Below, piece by piece: positions 27,801 to 38,462 of a stretch of DNA of 64,000 nt. The DNA is from Rhina ancylostomus (Eukaryota). The number at the start of each line of letters is the position of its first letter. The stretch's first letter is position 1. The notes under the pieces were generated by a model that saw only the letters and a program-made list of their open reading frames with translations, was not told the DNA's origin and did not search any database. Position numbers and translations under genes: made by a program. The DNA lies in the NCBI GenBank assembly GCA_030265395.1, contig JARFYF010000022.1:35033935-35097934 (forward strand), read 5' to 3'.

Positions 27801-30800
27801 AGCCATACAATTATTTAAGTTTGTCTTTGACACCAATAATGTTGTTTTCAGTCAAACTGAATTAATGTCAGCAACAAATAACTATTTCATTGTCTCCTAG
27901 ATGTTGTATTTTTTTCATGAATTAAATTTTCTCCAAAATTAGGCTATCTGTATCTTAATCTGTCTCTTATTATCTGTCTTTAGTTTGTTGCCAGTTGTCT
28001 GATTATGTCCCAATAACGTGCCTTGATATGTTTTATAACTTCAAAAATCTTATATAAAAACTGTTGTTGTTTATGGCACAAGGAGAAAACTTTTTTTTAA
28101 TTTTGTTTTTAGGTTTTTTCGATATGAAGAGCAAAAAGGAAATAAGCTAGTGAAGCATGTGGGAAATGTGACCAAAGATACTGAGCTGACATTTGAATTT
28201 GGAATAAAAGAATCTCACATTCAAAGTAAGTGTCAGAAGAAACTGCCAATTGTACCAAACTAAACAGCCCACAGTTGGTGACTGTCACTGTTAAAATTGG
28301 GGGTTACATTATTCTGGAGGAAGAGGGCTGCCAGGTTCCAGAAGTTCATATACTCTGGCCTGTTTCACCCTTATCAGGCAAAATATTGTAATTCAGAGCG
28401 AGTCAAAGCTGCAAATACTAAAAATGCAAAGATCAGTCAGCATTTGTGATGCCTTCATAAAATAGTAACCGAAGTAGATTGAAAGATTGACAAAAAGGCA
28501 GAGGAGAGAGAAAACCAACAGGCATGCTAGTTGCAGGAAGGCATAAATCTGTTAAAGGCAAAGGGAAATATCACACTGCCTCTGGATGTCTCAAATCCCT
28601 TTATAGGTAATTCAATACAAACTGCATAACAAATGACAGCTGACAAAAGGGCCACAAAATACAAATGAATGTGCAATATGCAGTGGTAAAATGTCCCAGA
28701 ATTGCTGCATATACAGCAAAAGCAAAAAAATACAAAACAATGGAGAAGGCTGGGGAGGGGGAGGACAGCAGACAAAACAAAAGATATGAAGTTGAAGTTG
28801 GCAATGAACAACAGAAATTCTTCTTCGGCCACTGACACTGAATTCTTTTTTGAGTGCCCTATACCAGTTATAACCTGCATTCCATGCATTTGGTTTCTTT
28901 GAAGTCAAGTCAGACAAGCAAGCATTTGAGTACAATTGGTAGCCAACTCATCTAAATGTTTGCTACCAAAGACACATTTCTCCCTCAGTGACTTTGTGAA
29001 TTGTAAAAGGAAAAGGACACCACTGACTGGATGTTACAGTGGGCTCACCACTGGTCTTTGACTGAGAATGAACTGAGATATTTCTAACCCAGACAATTGA
29101 ACGCAATATTATTCATATGAAGGAGTCCAGGAAAACCGACTAGTTGCTCTCCATCTCAGTCTTTATTAGCATTGGCCCATTGCACAGAACTGCCTGAAAT
29201 TTGGTGCTAATTCATCATCATAATTTATGAAAGGACATCCCCTGCTTGGTAATGAAATGGAGAAAAAGTACATAGATGCAGATTGATCTTCTGAGGTAGG
29301 GTTAAGCCATGCAGTTAGTACAATTTAGAAAGAGCTTTACTCTGTATCTGATTCATTTCTGTCCAAGATATTTTACTGTTTGATATAAGCAGCTGAAGAG
29401 GAAATCACACAACTGTAGAGTCAAACATCATGGCCCAGCATCAAACATCACATTGGGTTAATCCTAAATTAATGCTATTTTGTTCTCCCCACATTCCCTT
29501 CAACTCCCCCCAGATTCAACCACTCATGTACACAAGGAGCAATTTGTAATGGCCCATTAACCGGCCAGCCCACAAATCTCCGGGACATGGGAGGAATGCA
29601 CAGAGAACTTGCAAACTCTACCTATAGAACCCAGCAGGGCAGGATTGAACCTAGATTGCTGATGTTGTGAGGCAGCAGTTCTACTAGCTGTGCCACTGTG
29701 CTGAAATCTTTCAGTTAAATTAACAAAAAGCATTGATTATTTTATAGATATAGTTTATTTGAAGCTGTGGTTCAATGGCTTCTTCTATGAAGGTGGATGT
29801 AGGTAAACTCTCAGGAGCTACGATAATGCTCTATTGTCTGATTTGGTACTGAACATTAGAGATTAGAAAGTCCTAGGTTCAATCCCTGACCCTTGCTATG
29901 AAGGCTGTAGTTGCAGTCATGCAGTTTATCTTCATGGCCTTAAATAGGGAAAAGAAAGATCAAAATATTCAGTGTTCTTGTATAGAAAACTAGTGATGTG
30001 CTGAGAATAAAAACATTGAGGCAGGAACCTGGAGAAATACTTCAGCATGGGGTGGGCAGGGCAATGAATGGATGTTTCAATAGGTTCAGGAACAACCATA
30101 GAAGGTGTTCAGTAATGAGGTATGTTATTTGTTTTTTTAAATATGGCTGAAAATGGCCATTTAACCCATCATATTCAACAGTATCAAGTAATTGAAGTTT
30201 ATGATAACTTCAAGTATTCTGAATGCATGATCTACCCAGAAATTTAATTAAAAAGTTAATTCTACTTTGAGTCAAAACAGTCTTCATGATATTGGTCCTA
30301 AATTTGCCTTCAATGTTTACCCATATTATACGACTGTCCTAATGTTTTTTTTAACTTGAAGTCACATATAGGAATTAACTTCCTAATATGCAATAAAATC
30401 ATGTAATTATACAATATTTTCTCAGTTATCTCCTTTCAAGTCTTAAGAGGTTTTTTTTCATGAGCTATCTGTATAGCTTAAATAAAACAGAAAATGCTGG
30501 GAAGACTTAGTAGACCAGGTAGCATCAATGGGGAGAGAAATGGAGTTAACATTTCAGGTTGTTGGCTTTACAGCTTTCAGCTTCCAGTATTTGCAACAGT
30601 TAACTTTTAGACTACTAATTGTTTTCTGATGCTGGGGATCTATAATTTGCCTCCGCCCTCTGATGTTTCCATTATTTTAATGTTTCTTCTGTATCTTTGT
30701 AAAAAAAAATGCTAAGTAGTTTAAGGACCAACAGATTTCTGGCGTCTGTGAGAAGGGGAAGAAAGAAAAGAGCAAGTTAAAAGGGAAACATTTCCAGGGA

Positions 30801-33800
30801 GGGTTTTTCCTATTTTTGGAGTGAGGAGAAGTGGACAAGAAAAACTGCACTCAGCACTGAATCAATTAGGAAGAAAGAAAAACTAGAAAATCTGGGGCAA
30901 TTTGAAATCTGAAAAAGAAATACTGATGTTTAGCACATGGACAAAACAATGGCACTTTAATATATCTTCGGTGTTATCAACATCTGCTAAAGATGCATCT
31001 CATACAAAGTCAAAAGCCAAGAAATTTGATTAAGTAACCCTTTTTCTCAGCACTTAAAAGTTGACTTTGTTCAGAGTCAAAAATGATAAAGGTAATTTCT
31101 GCATCATTTTATTTCACTCCAGAAATTCAACCAGCTACTTCCAAGAGTGATTCGTCCTTGTGAGTCCAACACAATTTCCATGCATGGGATAATGTGGTTC
31201 CTCATGGAACATTGTGTTTATAATATTTTAAATCATGCTGTCCTGGGGCAACTACTGTTGGACATGCCCAGGACAACTAGATTTTGATACTGCAGTGCTG
31301 ATTTGTACAGTAAAGTTGATTCTTTGGGATACAACATGGACCATCATCCCACTCATCCACTCCTCCTCAGTGGCCAAGGCCTAGGCCCTCTGACCCCTTC
31401 ACACGATGACCCTCACCACCTTCTGAACTCTCCCACCCTCTGACCAGCTCACATCATCCTTCTCACTCCAGTTTGCAGACCATCGCTTCCCTTATCCCTC
31501 CCAACCATTAATTTTACTTGCCAACCTGCTGAAACTTCCAGTGGGGGAGCCACAACTGAAACAAACATTAATGCCCCACGACATCAACTATCTAGTGCAC
31601 CGTTTAACTGACTGGAATTTCTAGGCTGAAATGTTCCATGAGAGGCATTAAGGAAATTTCTGATCAAAGTTTTTGATCTTAANNNNNNNNNNNNNNNNNN
31701 NNNNNNNNNNNNNNNNNNNNNNNNNNNNNNNNNNNNNNNNNNNNNNNNNNNNNNNNNNNNNNNNNNNNNNNNNNNNNNNNNNTTTTTGATCTTAAAGGTT
31801 TGGCACAAGATTGTTTTTCCCCTTTCTGCAACTCGGGTATGGCAGGAATTCAAATTTGGTGGCTTTAGAACAAGCTTGTCAATATTGTAAACAAATAGAT
31901 AAGGAAATAAGAGCAGGAGTAAGCCACCCAGCCCCTTAAGCCTGCTCTGCCATTCAATATGGTGATAGTTGATCTCATCTCTTCCATGCCAATTCCCATT
32001 GCCATCAATTCCCAGATCTTTCAAAGATTTATCTACTTCCTCTTTACATGCCTCCAATGATCTGCCTTCCAGAAACTTCCAGGGTACAGAATTCCAGAGG
32101 TTGACCACGCTCTGCAAGATGTTCCTAACACTTCAGTTTTAAATGGCTGTCCCTTAATTTTGTAACTAAACATGGGCATCCATAAATTGCTAGTTAATCT
32201 TAGACAATTCTTCAGGTTTGGGGACCTTGCCTCCTGTTCCTCCCCTTTGTGCACATCCCTACCTGAAACTAATTCCCCCAGTGGCAAATGCAACACTTGC
32301 TATGGAATGAATAAGGCCACAACTTTATGTTCAATAGCTAAAATCTACTTTTTTTACGCCATACACTCAAAGATTCAACCGCATACTTGTCTACATTTCC
32401 CAGTTTGTGAACAACCCGTCATCCCTCTCAACAACAACAGCCTGTATCTGCAGAGCATATTTTCAGTCTCAGTAGGATTGATAATGTCATTAAAATTTAG
32501 TCAACATTTTTCCTCCTGGTGACCTTTCTAGAAAGTGTTTATGTGTGGACATTGGGTGAAACTTGTGTCAACTGGCTAAAACAATCATTGAAACAAAGTC
32601 TTCCAACCACTCAAATTGGAAATACGAGTTAAAATTGGCTGCTTTATGTGCTGTCAGAGGCCAACCATCCCTCAAGAAAATTAACCAAGCTAAAAGGACA
32701 GAAGGAGATTGACAAAAAGAAAGTACATTGGGGCAGTTCTAGGAATTGTCTATGATGGGTACAGACAGAAAAGGTTGGGAAGCATGGAAAGAGGTCACAC
32801 ACAATTAGTAGTGCTCCACACTATGTTCTATATAATCTATAATTACTTGCCTTTATTGATTAAGACAACATGAAAATATTTCAATTCTCTCAGCGCTCCA
32901 GGATAATGAGAAGCTGCCCTTCCAGCTGCAAGTAAACTTTACCACTCGAGATAGAAGAGAGGCTTGTCGTGTCATCAGTCAGGAGAAACATATCACAAAC
33001 AACAGGTACTCCAACTGGCATTCATTTTAAGATTTCACACACATTCACACATGCAGTCCTACATCTAAAATTTGTGTATTAAGTTTCCTTGAGTAAAATA
33101 GTTAATAAATGTCAGAAGTACTTTATTGGCCACAATGCAATATGGGTCATGCAAAGGTTGAAGGTGCTCTTATAAAAATATATATACCTTTAAAGCCCTT
33201 GCAAGAGTTGTTGGGTCCCTTAATCAAATTTGTTCATATTCATTTTGAAGGGAATCAACTAGCTAAAACAAAACTTTGTACGTCTCTTTTTTGTTTTATG
33301 GTTCTTGTTATCTCCATCTTTATTGGGTACTTTATGACCCTTCATTCCAGTAGATTTATGCACCATATAGACAGCCCCTATGTACTGTTACAATGTAACT
33401 TTTCTACCAGTCTTGTTCTTCCTAAATGCCTTCGGAAGATCTCAAAGCATTGTGCAACAAAGTCAAAATGCCAAAGATAAAGGAAATGCAAAAATAAAAA
33501 TTGCTGAAAGATTAGGCAGCATCTCTAATGAGAGAAACAAAGAATGTTTCAAGTTGATGACCTTTCATAAGGATTGGAAAAAGTTAGAAATGAAATGGGT
33601 CTTTAAGTTGTAACAAAAGCTGTTGGGAGTGGAGAGAGCTAAGGTTAAGGTCTGTGATAGGGTGCAGACCATGAGAGATTGAATGACATGGTCGTAGGTG
33701 GTGCTGGTCTTACCTCCTGTAGCCTCTATAGTAAAAGGAATCAATTCCGAAAGAATTTGCAGGGCAGTGAGACAAACTGGATTGCTTTTGCATAAAGCCA

Positions 33801-36800
33801 GTAAAAGCTTAATGGCCCGATTTGCCCCTTTCCATGCTGTACCCATTCTGTGATGCTATTCTTTTATTCGTTTGTGGTTATTTCCTTGTTCTATACTCCC
33901 CATGTGATACAAAGCCAATCCTTTTACAAATATATGGTGGAGAATTTGAATTTTGATGAAAGCCCTTAACATATCCATGTTGACTACTGGTTGTGATCCT
34001 CCCTGCACATTTGGTTCCATTAGCTGCAATGAGTCAATCTATTTTAGAATTCTGAAAATGTTAAAAACCATGTTCTTGGCCAGTTCCAGGGTGGTAAGGC
34101 TGATCTTGTTTTCCCTTGTTTTTCAGTTCCCTAGTTGAGGAGAGTGTGAATATAACAGTGCTGGGAATACATGCAGCGCAGCTCAGTGGTCGACTGACAA
34201 TGGAGGGCCGAGTGAAAGAAGCATGTACTGAGATGGAGGCGCAGAAGGAGCTTATCCAAAAAATTGTGTAATAAAACTTTCTTCCATGTTTAAAAAGTAT
34301 TCTATATCAGATTACTAAGTTATGTATTCATTTTGGGGATATGAACATTGATGATGGGGTCAGCATTTATTGCCCGTCCGCACAGAGTATTTCTGGAGGG
34401 GGGGGGGTTTGGGTCTTAGACTCAGTGACAATGAAGGACCAAGTCAGGATGGTGTGTAGTTTGGAGGAGAACCTGCAGGTGGCAGTGTTCCCACATCCCT
34501 GAAGCCTGAAGAATAGACATCCCCCAGGAAACAGCATTGAGAGTTGAGAAGGGTGGTTTGAAGTTGCATCTAAATAAGATCAAGCATTACACAGTCGGAT
34601 GTAGCATTTTGTTAAGTGAGAAGCCTATGGTAATGTGCCAAAGCCGAGAATGGAAAAGTAAACCTTACTAGTTTATACATGGATAGCTCGCTGGGCAACA
34701 CAGTCGGCACAGACGAGTTGGGCCAAAGGGCCTGTTTCAATGCTGTATGACTCTATGACTCCAGGTGATACTAGTTTTCGGTTTTAAAAGCCTACTGAAT
34801 TGTAAGCAAGAGGAGAAAGAGGGGAAAACACCATTTTTTCAGACAGAATGCACTAAAGTAGAAGGTAGTAATTTTAGTTTTAATTTAAATTAAATTAAAT
34901 CTACATATGACATTAGAAGCATGAGCACCAACATACAGAGTAGACAGTTCCAGTGTATACTAAACCATGCATACCATAGTTAGACGCATCTTCTTTCTAA
35001 CACAGTATTATGCCTTTATCCTTCAATGGGAGTGCATCACTGCACTCACTTGTCTCATAGTATGGGCCCTACACCAGCACAGAGAAAAGATATGAAGCGT
35101 TTTACTTGCCTTTAGAGCAGCAGCAGGCCAATTTTCAGGAAGAGCATCAGGTAAAAAAAGGTACCCAACCACTGTAATTCAACCATTAAAGAATGTCAGC
35201 AGCTCAATGCAGATAGCTGCCTTTTTTTTGTCAGTATTTCATTGACTAATCAGCTTGTGCTGGCAAGTAAGAATGCAATGTAAATAAAGTGGAACCACAC
35301 ATTAAACACAGCCTATAAATGCAGGTCTTCTGCTGTACTGAGTAAATATGATATATCCCATAAAACTAGATTTGGTTTATAGTGTTTCTGACCTAAGGCT
35401 TTCTCCTTTCAGTGAAAAGAAACATAACCAAGAAGAGGATGACATTTATCAAAACTGGCTGCGATCAGTAGCAGTCGTGTGTGAAGACCTAACACATTCT
35501 GAGGAGGTGAATATGAATTTACATATTTCCAGATGTGTGAGAATGTAGAACACCTGTGGAGATCCTGAATCTCTGAGGTGCATCAGTTGTGCAGAGAAAT
35601 GACTCTCACTCACAGGTAGCTCATGGATCTGGGTCATGGGACAGGAGGCAGGGGAGAGATACACAAAATGGGAAGGTTAAGTATAAACCAAGTAGGAATT
35701 GGAGTCTAAAGGGTTAAGAGAGCATGATGTAAAACCCCAATTGGCTGCTGGGAGGAGCTTTTTCACAATTCTGTTGGGAGGCAAGAATCAGGCTTATAAT
35801 TAAATATGTTGTAGTCATAATAGGGTTGGGAAGTAACAAGGGATAAATATTTCACTTAAGGAAGACTACAGTGGAAGCTGGTTCCCCACTTAGATAGGTA
35901 CGCTTTAAGTAACAAGGTGGTCATATAAGTGCTTCTGCAAAAGTGACCTGCACCATCCAGAGGCCATGCATGTGTAACAAAAAGACTCAAGGCCATCCTG
36001 CCACATGTGCCAGTGCATCAGACTCACTGAGGACCCAGTAAGAAAGTCACAAATATCACAGAGCATGTGATGAGCTCCCAATTTTCTTTTCCAAACATTT
36101 TTTTATAGAAATTGTGTCACAGGCACACATAACTCTGGTCCTACATTGTTAAATTCCCAGGCATACTATTTCTTAAAGAAGCTTTTCCCCAAAATTTTGT
36201 CCATTATTTTACTTTGCATTTAACCAATCATAGACTGATCCTTTTTCAAAAAATTTTCCTATTTCAGGTGGGAAGTGTTGCAAAATCAAAAAATGATGAA
36301 GAAAAAAGTGACTCTGTTTTCAAGGTAAATGTTCACTTCAGTAAACGTGTTGTCAGATGTTAATATGAAGCAGCTAATTGTAGCGGTGGTGTAATTTGAA
36401 GCATTGCAACTCGTTGAGCCTCTGTATAAAGAGGAGAAAAACGGAAGCAGCTTGTGACAAAATTGGCAGAACAGGCTGTCAATTCCTTTGGGTTCATGTG
36501 TACAGATTTGTTACTTGGGTGAGGCACTATAAGGCGACCAGTGTCCTTGAAACTATGCCAGGAAATATCAGTGCCTTTAAGAGAAGAGATCTGATAGCAG
36601 GAAAGTAATTAAAACCATGAGAGCCAAGGTTTATTAAGGTGGTATAGCTGGTAGTTAAGTGACATGGATTCAATCCTGACCTTCATTGCTATTTGTGTGG
36701 AGTTTGCATGTTCTCCCTGTGACCTCATGAGTTTCCTCCAGCTGCTCCAGTTTCCTCCAGCATGCCCAAGACACGCCGTTTGGTAAGTAAAATGGCTACT

Positions 36801-38351
36801 GTAAATTGCACCCAGTGTGCAAGTGATTGGTAGAATCTGGGGGGGATTGTTAGGATTAGGGTAAAGGGGCTGTTTCCATGTTCTATTACTTTGCACCTAT
36901 CAATTAAAGGACTACACACACACCTTGTCCACAGGGTGTAAATCCTTTGCCTTCAGCTCTTTTCCCACTAAACTATTGACCACCCAGCTTTCCTTCCTGT
37001 CCTGCAGATTAACTGCATCATTCATGGTGTTCTCTCCTCAGTTATTTCCCCTCCCCCACAAATCTGAAACCATCACCCCTCTGCTCACAAAAATGAATAA
37101 ATTTGTTGATTTTTGTCTGACTCCAGTCTTTTCTCTCGTCCTTGAATGTATTCAGCATTTCAAACCCATGCCCACCTTACCCAGAGCTCCTTGCTTGAAT
37201 ACCTCCAATCAGCTTCAGACCCAGCTGCAACACTAAAATTGCTCTTATCAACATCATAAAATGGTTCTGTTCTTATCTATCCATTCACAGTCGGAGAACA
37301 GAAAGCAGCAGCTCCTCATCCTGTGCCTACATCATTGCCTCTAGTGATCTGCAAGGGTCGATCATTGCCCCAAACTCCCTATCTATTTTTCCTTTGTTTT
37401 CTGATTAGCAACGTCATTAGGAATGGAATCAGTTTTCATTTTTAAATGAACGATAACCAGGCCTGGCTCACCACTACCTCTTCTGAACCCTCCACTATTT
37501 CTAAATTATCAGTTAGTCCAAGGACCAAGACTGGATGAACAGGAGTTTCCTACAATTAAGAAAGTTCAAAGTATCTGGTCTTGCGATCTCTGTTCAATAA
37601 CAACTCTCCTCCTCCATGGCAACTATCCAAAACTGTACCAGACTTTTGCATCCTTACTGTAATACTTGACACCAAATTGTTTTGATCTACTTTTCATGCC
37701 ATCAATAAGATCACTTTTTATCTTTCTGCAACACTACCCGACTCCAGTACTACCTTAAGCTCATCTGTTGTTGAAAACTCAACACCCTTGTTAACTCTGG
37801 ACTTGTCTGTTTGATGCAGTCCTGATTGGCCTCCCTTGAAAATGTGAGGTCATCCAAAACTCATCCTAAATTGTGCCATCCCATTCAACCATTTCCCCTG
37901 ACCTTGCTGACCTACTCATCAAGTAATGTCTATTTCAAAATTCTCATACTTATTTAATTCTTCACAGTCTATATGATCTTATTCAGTCCTATAATATCTT
38001 ATTCCAGTTTTTCTTTACATAATTCATGGGACGTGGCATTAGTATGAGGGCAGCTTTTTTTGTTCATCCCTAATGGGTGAACTTCTGAAGCCTATCTTCT
38101 GTAGACAGCATATAGATCCAGAACTAACTCTGTCAACTGAATACACCACCCTGACCAACTATTGGTGCCAAGCTTATTATCAATTTCAGAATTATCCTCA
38201 AAATAAATAAATGTCCTTTTCCACCTTAAATTCCCAACAGATGTTGTCTGATGAGGTTGCAAGCACGGTTTATCGTCTAAAGAATGCAAGGAGTAGAATG
38301 TTGAAGAAGTCGGTTCCTAAACCAACAGCTGCTCCATTGCCGATGATTTAA
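615..38351 (+). CDS. Circularly permutated Ras protein 1-like (Sec23/24-type zinc finger + vWA domain protein); 18 coding exons, 5' end outside window
   Basis: Hand-assembled exons: 615-827, 3293-3436, 6822-6920, 8222-8313, 8612-8791, 9190-9237, 13172-13261, 15360-15511, 18581-18662, 20923-21047, 22328-22412, 26810-26916, 28113-28225, 32894-33005, 34127-34267, 35413-35506, 36268-36324, 38241-38351. All have AG/GT boundaries and matching phases, giving 2045 nt open to a TAA. Motifs: CQNC...WPCEFC; VVFCVDISGSM; ISRLQ; RVALVTFNDEV; GATALGPA; VIICTDGKANIGLG; LADRTGG. Family name is from recall of vertebrate CPRAS1-like proteins, not from a search. Confidence 0.85.
1460..3150 (-). mobile_element. 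Old degenerate LINE (CR1/L2 group)
   Basis: Shares the 3' terminal motif (aggcc...ttgcccat...cccttgagaa) with copies at about 34340, 56080 and 59850; RT-like remnant 'VVVRGQSSQP'; boundaries approximate. Confidence 0.6.
3293..3436 (+). CDS. CPRAS1-like proline-rich exon, phase 1-1
   Basis: ggtatcag|AT...CGGG|gtaagt; 144 nt: DNEDSQAPPLPPRLSIERPNVFTAHQLSTTLPAKLHSHPRLPPPRPKR. Confidence 0.8.
4900..5975 (+). mobile_element. Old LINE 3' fragment interrupted by a SINE
   Basis: IYMAHVRS..EHSPLVWMSAAPTTL remnant; ends ...caccaccaacttctcaaaaacaattagagacaggcaattaatgct, the same family tail as 9260-9480 and 61820-62310. Confidence 0.65.
5256..5563 (-). mobile_element. tRNA-derived V-SINE/HE1-like SINE nested in LINE
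   Basis: ggaaaccagagcac...aaaacccatgcagtcacagagaaaatgtgcaaac...caggattgaac (reverse complement of V-domain and B box). Confidence 0.75.
6822..6920 (+). CDS. CPRAS1-like exon, phase 1-1
   Basis: ttttcttacag|TT...AATG|gtgagt; VPPPSKNSTSHTNRKANINVVSLNLGKLVDINN. Confidence 0.85.
8222..8313 (+). CDS. CPRAS1-like exon, first half of zinc finger
   Basis: ttctgttacag|TG...ATA|gtgagt; VQTQSAEAIHCQNCSAALSSISRIHHKHADI. Confidence 0.88.
8612..8791 (+). CDS. CPRAS1-like exon, second half of zinc finger and vWA start (MIDAS DxSxS)
   Basis: ttcctgtctag|GTA...GAG|gtgagg; VWPCEFCQKHN...DDDYINVDDSLVVFCVDISGSMCVTNE. Confidence 0.92.
9190..9237 (+). CDS. CPRAS1-like 48-nt exon
   Basis: gttccttag|GTC...CAG|gtatgt; VKAVNGFRTTHISRLQ. 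Confidence 0.85.
10420..11400 (-). mobile_element. Degenerate RTE-like LINE 3' region
   Basis: Weak remnants resembling the RTE C-terminus (AFHCMH..., LAND.QL, RRRKQK); heavily decayed. Confidence 0.35.
13172..13261 (+). CDS. CPRAS1-like vWA exon
   Basis: ttttgcag|AAT...GAG|gtatgg; NVQEAILTSLNHMTQTCPQKRVALVTFNDE. Confidence 0.92.
13490..13760 (-). mobile_element. V-SINE/HE1-like SINE
   Basis: gtacgtctttggaatatgggaggaaaccagagtacccggagcaaacccacgcag...ggagaacatacaaactc...attgaacccaggttgctg. Confidence 0.85.
14362..14419. repeat. Short local tandem duplication
   Basis: gaacccttag x3; agtgaacccttagtctagatac x2. Confidence 0.8.
15360..15511 (+). CDS. CPRAS1-like vWA exon
   Basis: tgttaccag|GTA...GA|gtaagt; VTIYGDGTQMPTRLSNYQLLDSDYLKEKGRDYPCPRCIAESLQTLSHRVN. 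Confidence 0.92.
15890..16050 (-). mobile_element. V-SINE/HE1-like SINE
   Basis: Close match to the 13490-13760 copy (tgtgggaggaaaccggagcacccagaggaaacc...gaattgaacctgggttgctgg). Confidence 0.85.
16366..16849 (+). mobile_element. CR1 LINE 3' end
   Basis: ETRTGGHRFRVKGEIFKGNLRGNFFTRRVVRVWNELP; tail gggccaaaaggcctgtttctgtgctgtagtgctctgtgactct. Confidence 0.92.
18100..18468 (+). mobile_element. CR1 LINE 3' end (same subfamily as 16366-16849)
   Basis: Co-linear with the previous copy; ends gtgctgtagtgctctatgactctat. Confidence 0.92.
18581..18662 (+). CDS. CPRAS1-like vWA exon (MIDAS Thr)
   Basis: ttctctacag|G...AAG|gtgagt; ELREQGATALGPAALVAVSMASKSPRSK. Confidence 0.92.
20923..21047 (+). CDS. 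CPRAS1-like vWA exon (MIDAS Asp, TDG)
   Basis: aactccag|GTA...GG|gtaagc; VIICTDGKANIGLGYLESVEEDMYEYSKQFYTDLGEQATLNG. Confidence 0.92.
21640..21875 (+). mobile_element. SINE 3' half with CR1-like tail
   Basis: cattccaaaacatgtaggtaggttaattagccactgtaaatcacctctagtgtgtagg...gggcccaagggcatgtttccgtgctgcctgactccatgattct. Confidence 0.7.
22328..22412 (+). CDS. CPRAS1-like vWA exon
   Basis: cttgctccag|G...AGG|gtaaga; VIVSVLTIEGTDCRLAELGKLADRTGGR. Confidence 0.92.
22598..25655 (-). mobile_element. Large (about 3 kb) decayed CR1 LINE ORF2 (endonuclease end, RT, 3' tail)
   Basis: PQWLVLGPLLFTLYVNDLDDG..AKFVDDTKIG (RT), NKYFMSVFTVED, KSPGLDGPHPRALKEVAEEI, VRPHLEYCEQFW, RRNFFSQRVGNLWN; (CTTATG)-type tail; frameshifted. 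Confidence 0.95.
26810..26916 (+). CDS. CPRAS1-like exon
   Basis: tcatttcag|GTC...AT|gtaagt; VNIVNPIDLPNEIQATLEDDVIATDVTVTFVVTEQ. Confidence 0.9.
28113..28225 (+). CDS. CPRAS1-like exon
   Basis: ttgtttttag|G...CAAA|gtaagt; MFFRYEEQKGNKLVKHVGNVTKDTELTFEFGIKESHIQ. Confidence 0.9.
29440..29703 (-). mobile_element. V-SINE-like SINE
   Basis: Same family as 5256-5563 (ccccacattcccttcaactccccccagatt...caggattgaacc...ctgtgccactgtg). Confidence 0.75.
31900..32170 (-). mobile_element. CR1 LINE 3' end
   Basis: QSVVNLWNSVP..LEACKEEVDK remnant plus a tail resembling 22598-22700. Confidence 0.75.
32894..33005 (+). CDS. CPRAS1-like exon
   Basis: ttctctcag|CG...AG|gtactc; TLQDNEKLPFQLQVNFTTRDRREACRVISQEKHITNN. 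Confidence 0.88.
34127..34267 (+). CDS. CPRAS1-like exon
   Basis: gtttttcag|T...GT|gtaata (weak donor, chosen by phase match to next exon); SLVEESVNITVLGIHAAQLSGRLTMEGRVKEACTEMEAQKELIQKI. Confidence 0.85.
35413..35506 (+). CDS. CPRAS1-like exon
   Basis: tcctttcag|T...GAG|gtgaat; EKKHNQEEDDIYQNWLRSVAVVCEDLTHSEE. Confidence 0.82.
36268..36324 (+). CDS. CPRAS1-like 57-nt exon
   Basis: cctatttcag|GTG...AAG|gtaaat; VGSVAKSKNDEEKSDSVFK, phase 0-0. Confidence 0.7.
36650..36895 (+). mobile_element. V-SINE-like SINE
   Basis: ggattcaatcctgacc...gtgtggagtttgcatgttctccctgtgacc...gtttcctccagctgctccagtttcctcc. Confidence 0.8.
36920..37990 (+). mobile_element. Degenerate L2-type LINE fragment
   Basis: ttcagacccagctgcaacactaaaattgctcttatcaa resembles the L2 RT 'FRP.HSTETALIK' segment; C/T-rich L2-like composition. 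Confidence 0.5.
38241..38351 (+). CDS. CPRAS1-like terminal coding exon
   Basis: ttcccaacag|ATG...TAA; MLSDEVASTVYRLKNARSRMLKKSVPKPTAAPLPMI*. Confidence 0.8.
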   Translation: MLSDEVASTVYRLKNARSRMLKKSVPKPTAAPLPMI

Positions 38352-38456
38352 ACCCAAGGAGATTGAAGAAATTGATCACCTAAAAGTTTGTAATGGATCT
38401 GTGCAATTTTTCATTCTTTGTACTTTACAAAATATAACTCCCTGTAAAATTAACTA

Positions 38457-38462
38457 AATAAA
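38457..38462 (+). promoter_or_regulatory. Candidate polyadenylation signal of CPRAS1-like gene
   Basis: AATAAA about 105 nt after the stop, followed by T-rich sequence. Confidence 0.55.

Noticed and set aside
28527-28935. Hydrophobic minus-strand ORFs (120 aa, 107 aa) resembling membrane proteins
   Set aside because: A by-product of A-rich intronic sequence on the + strand; no motifs or splice support.
25730-29960. Faint LF-SINE-like segments (about 12690, 25730, 29860, 46620, 55790)
   Set aside because: Too diverged to assign by eye; a Dfam/nhmmer search is needed.
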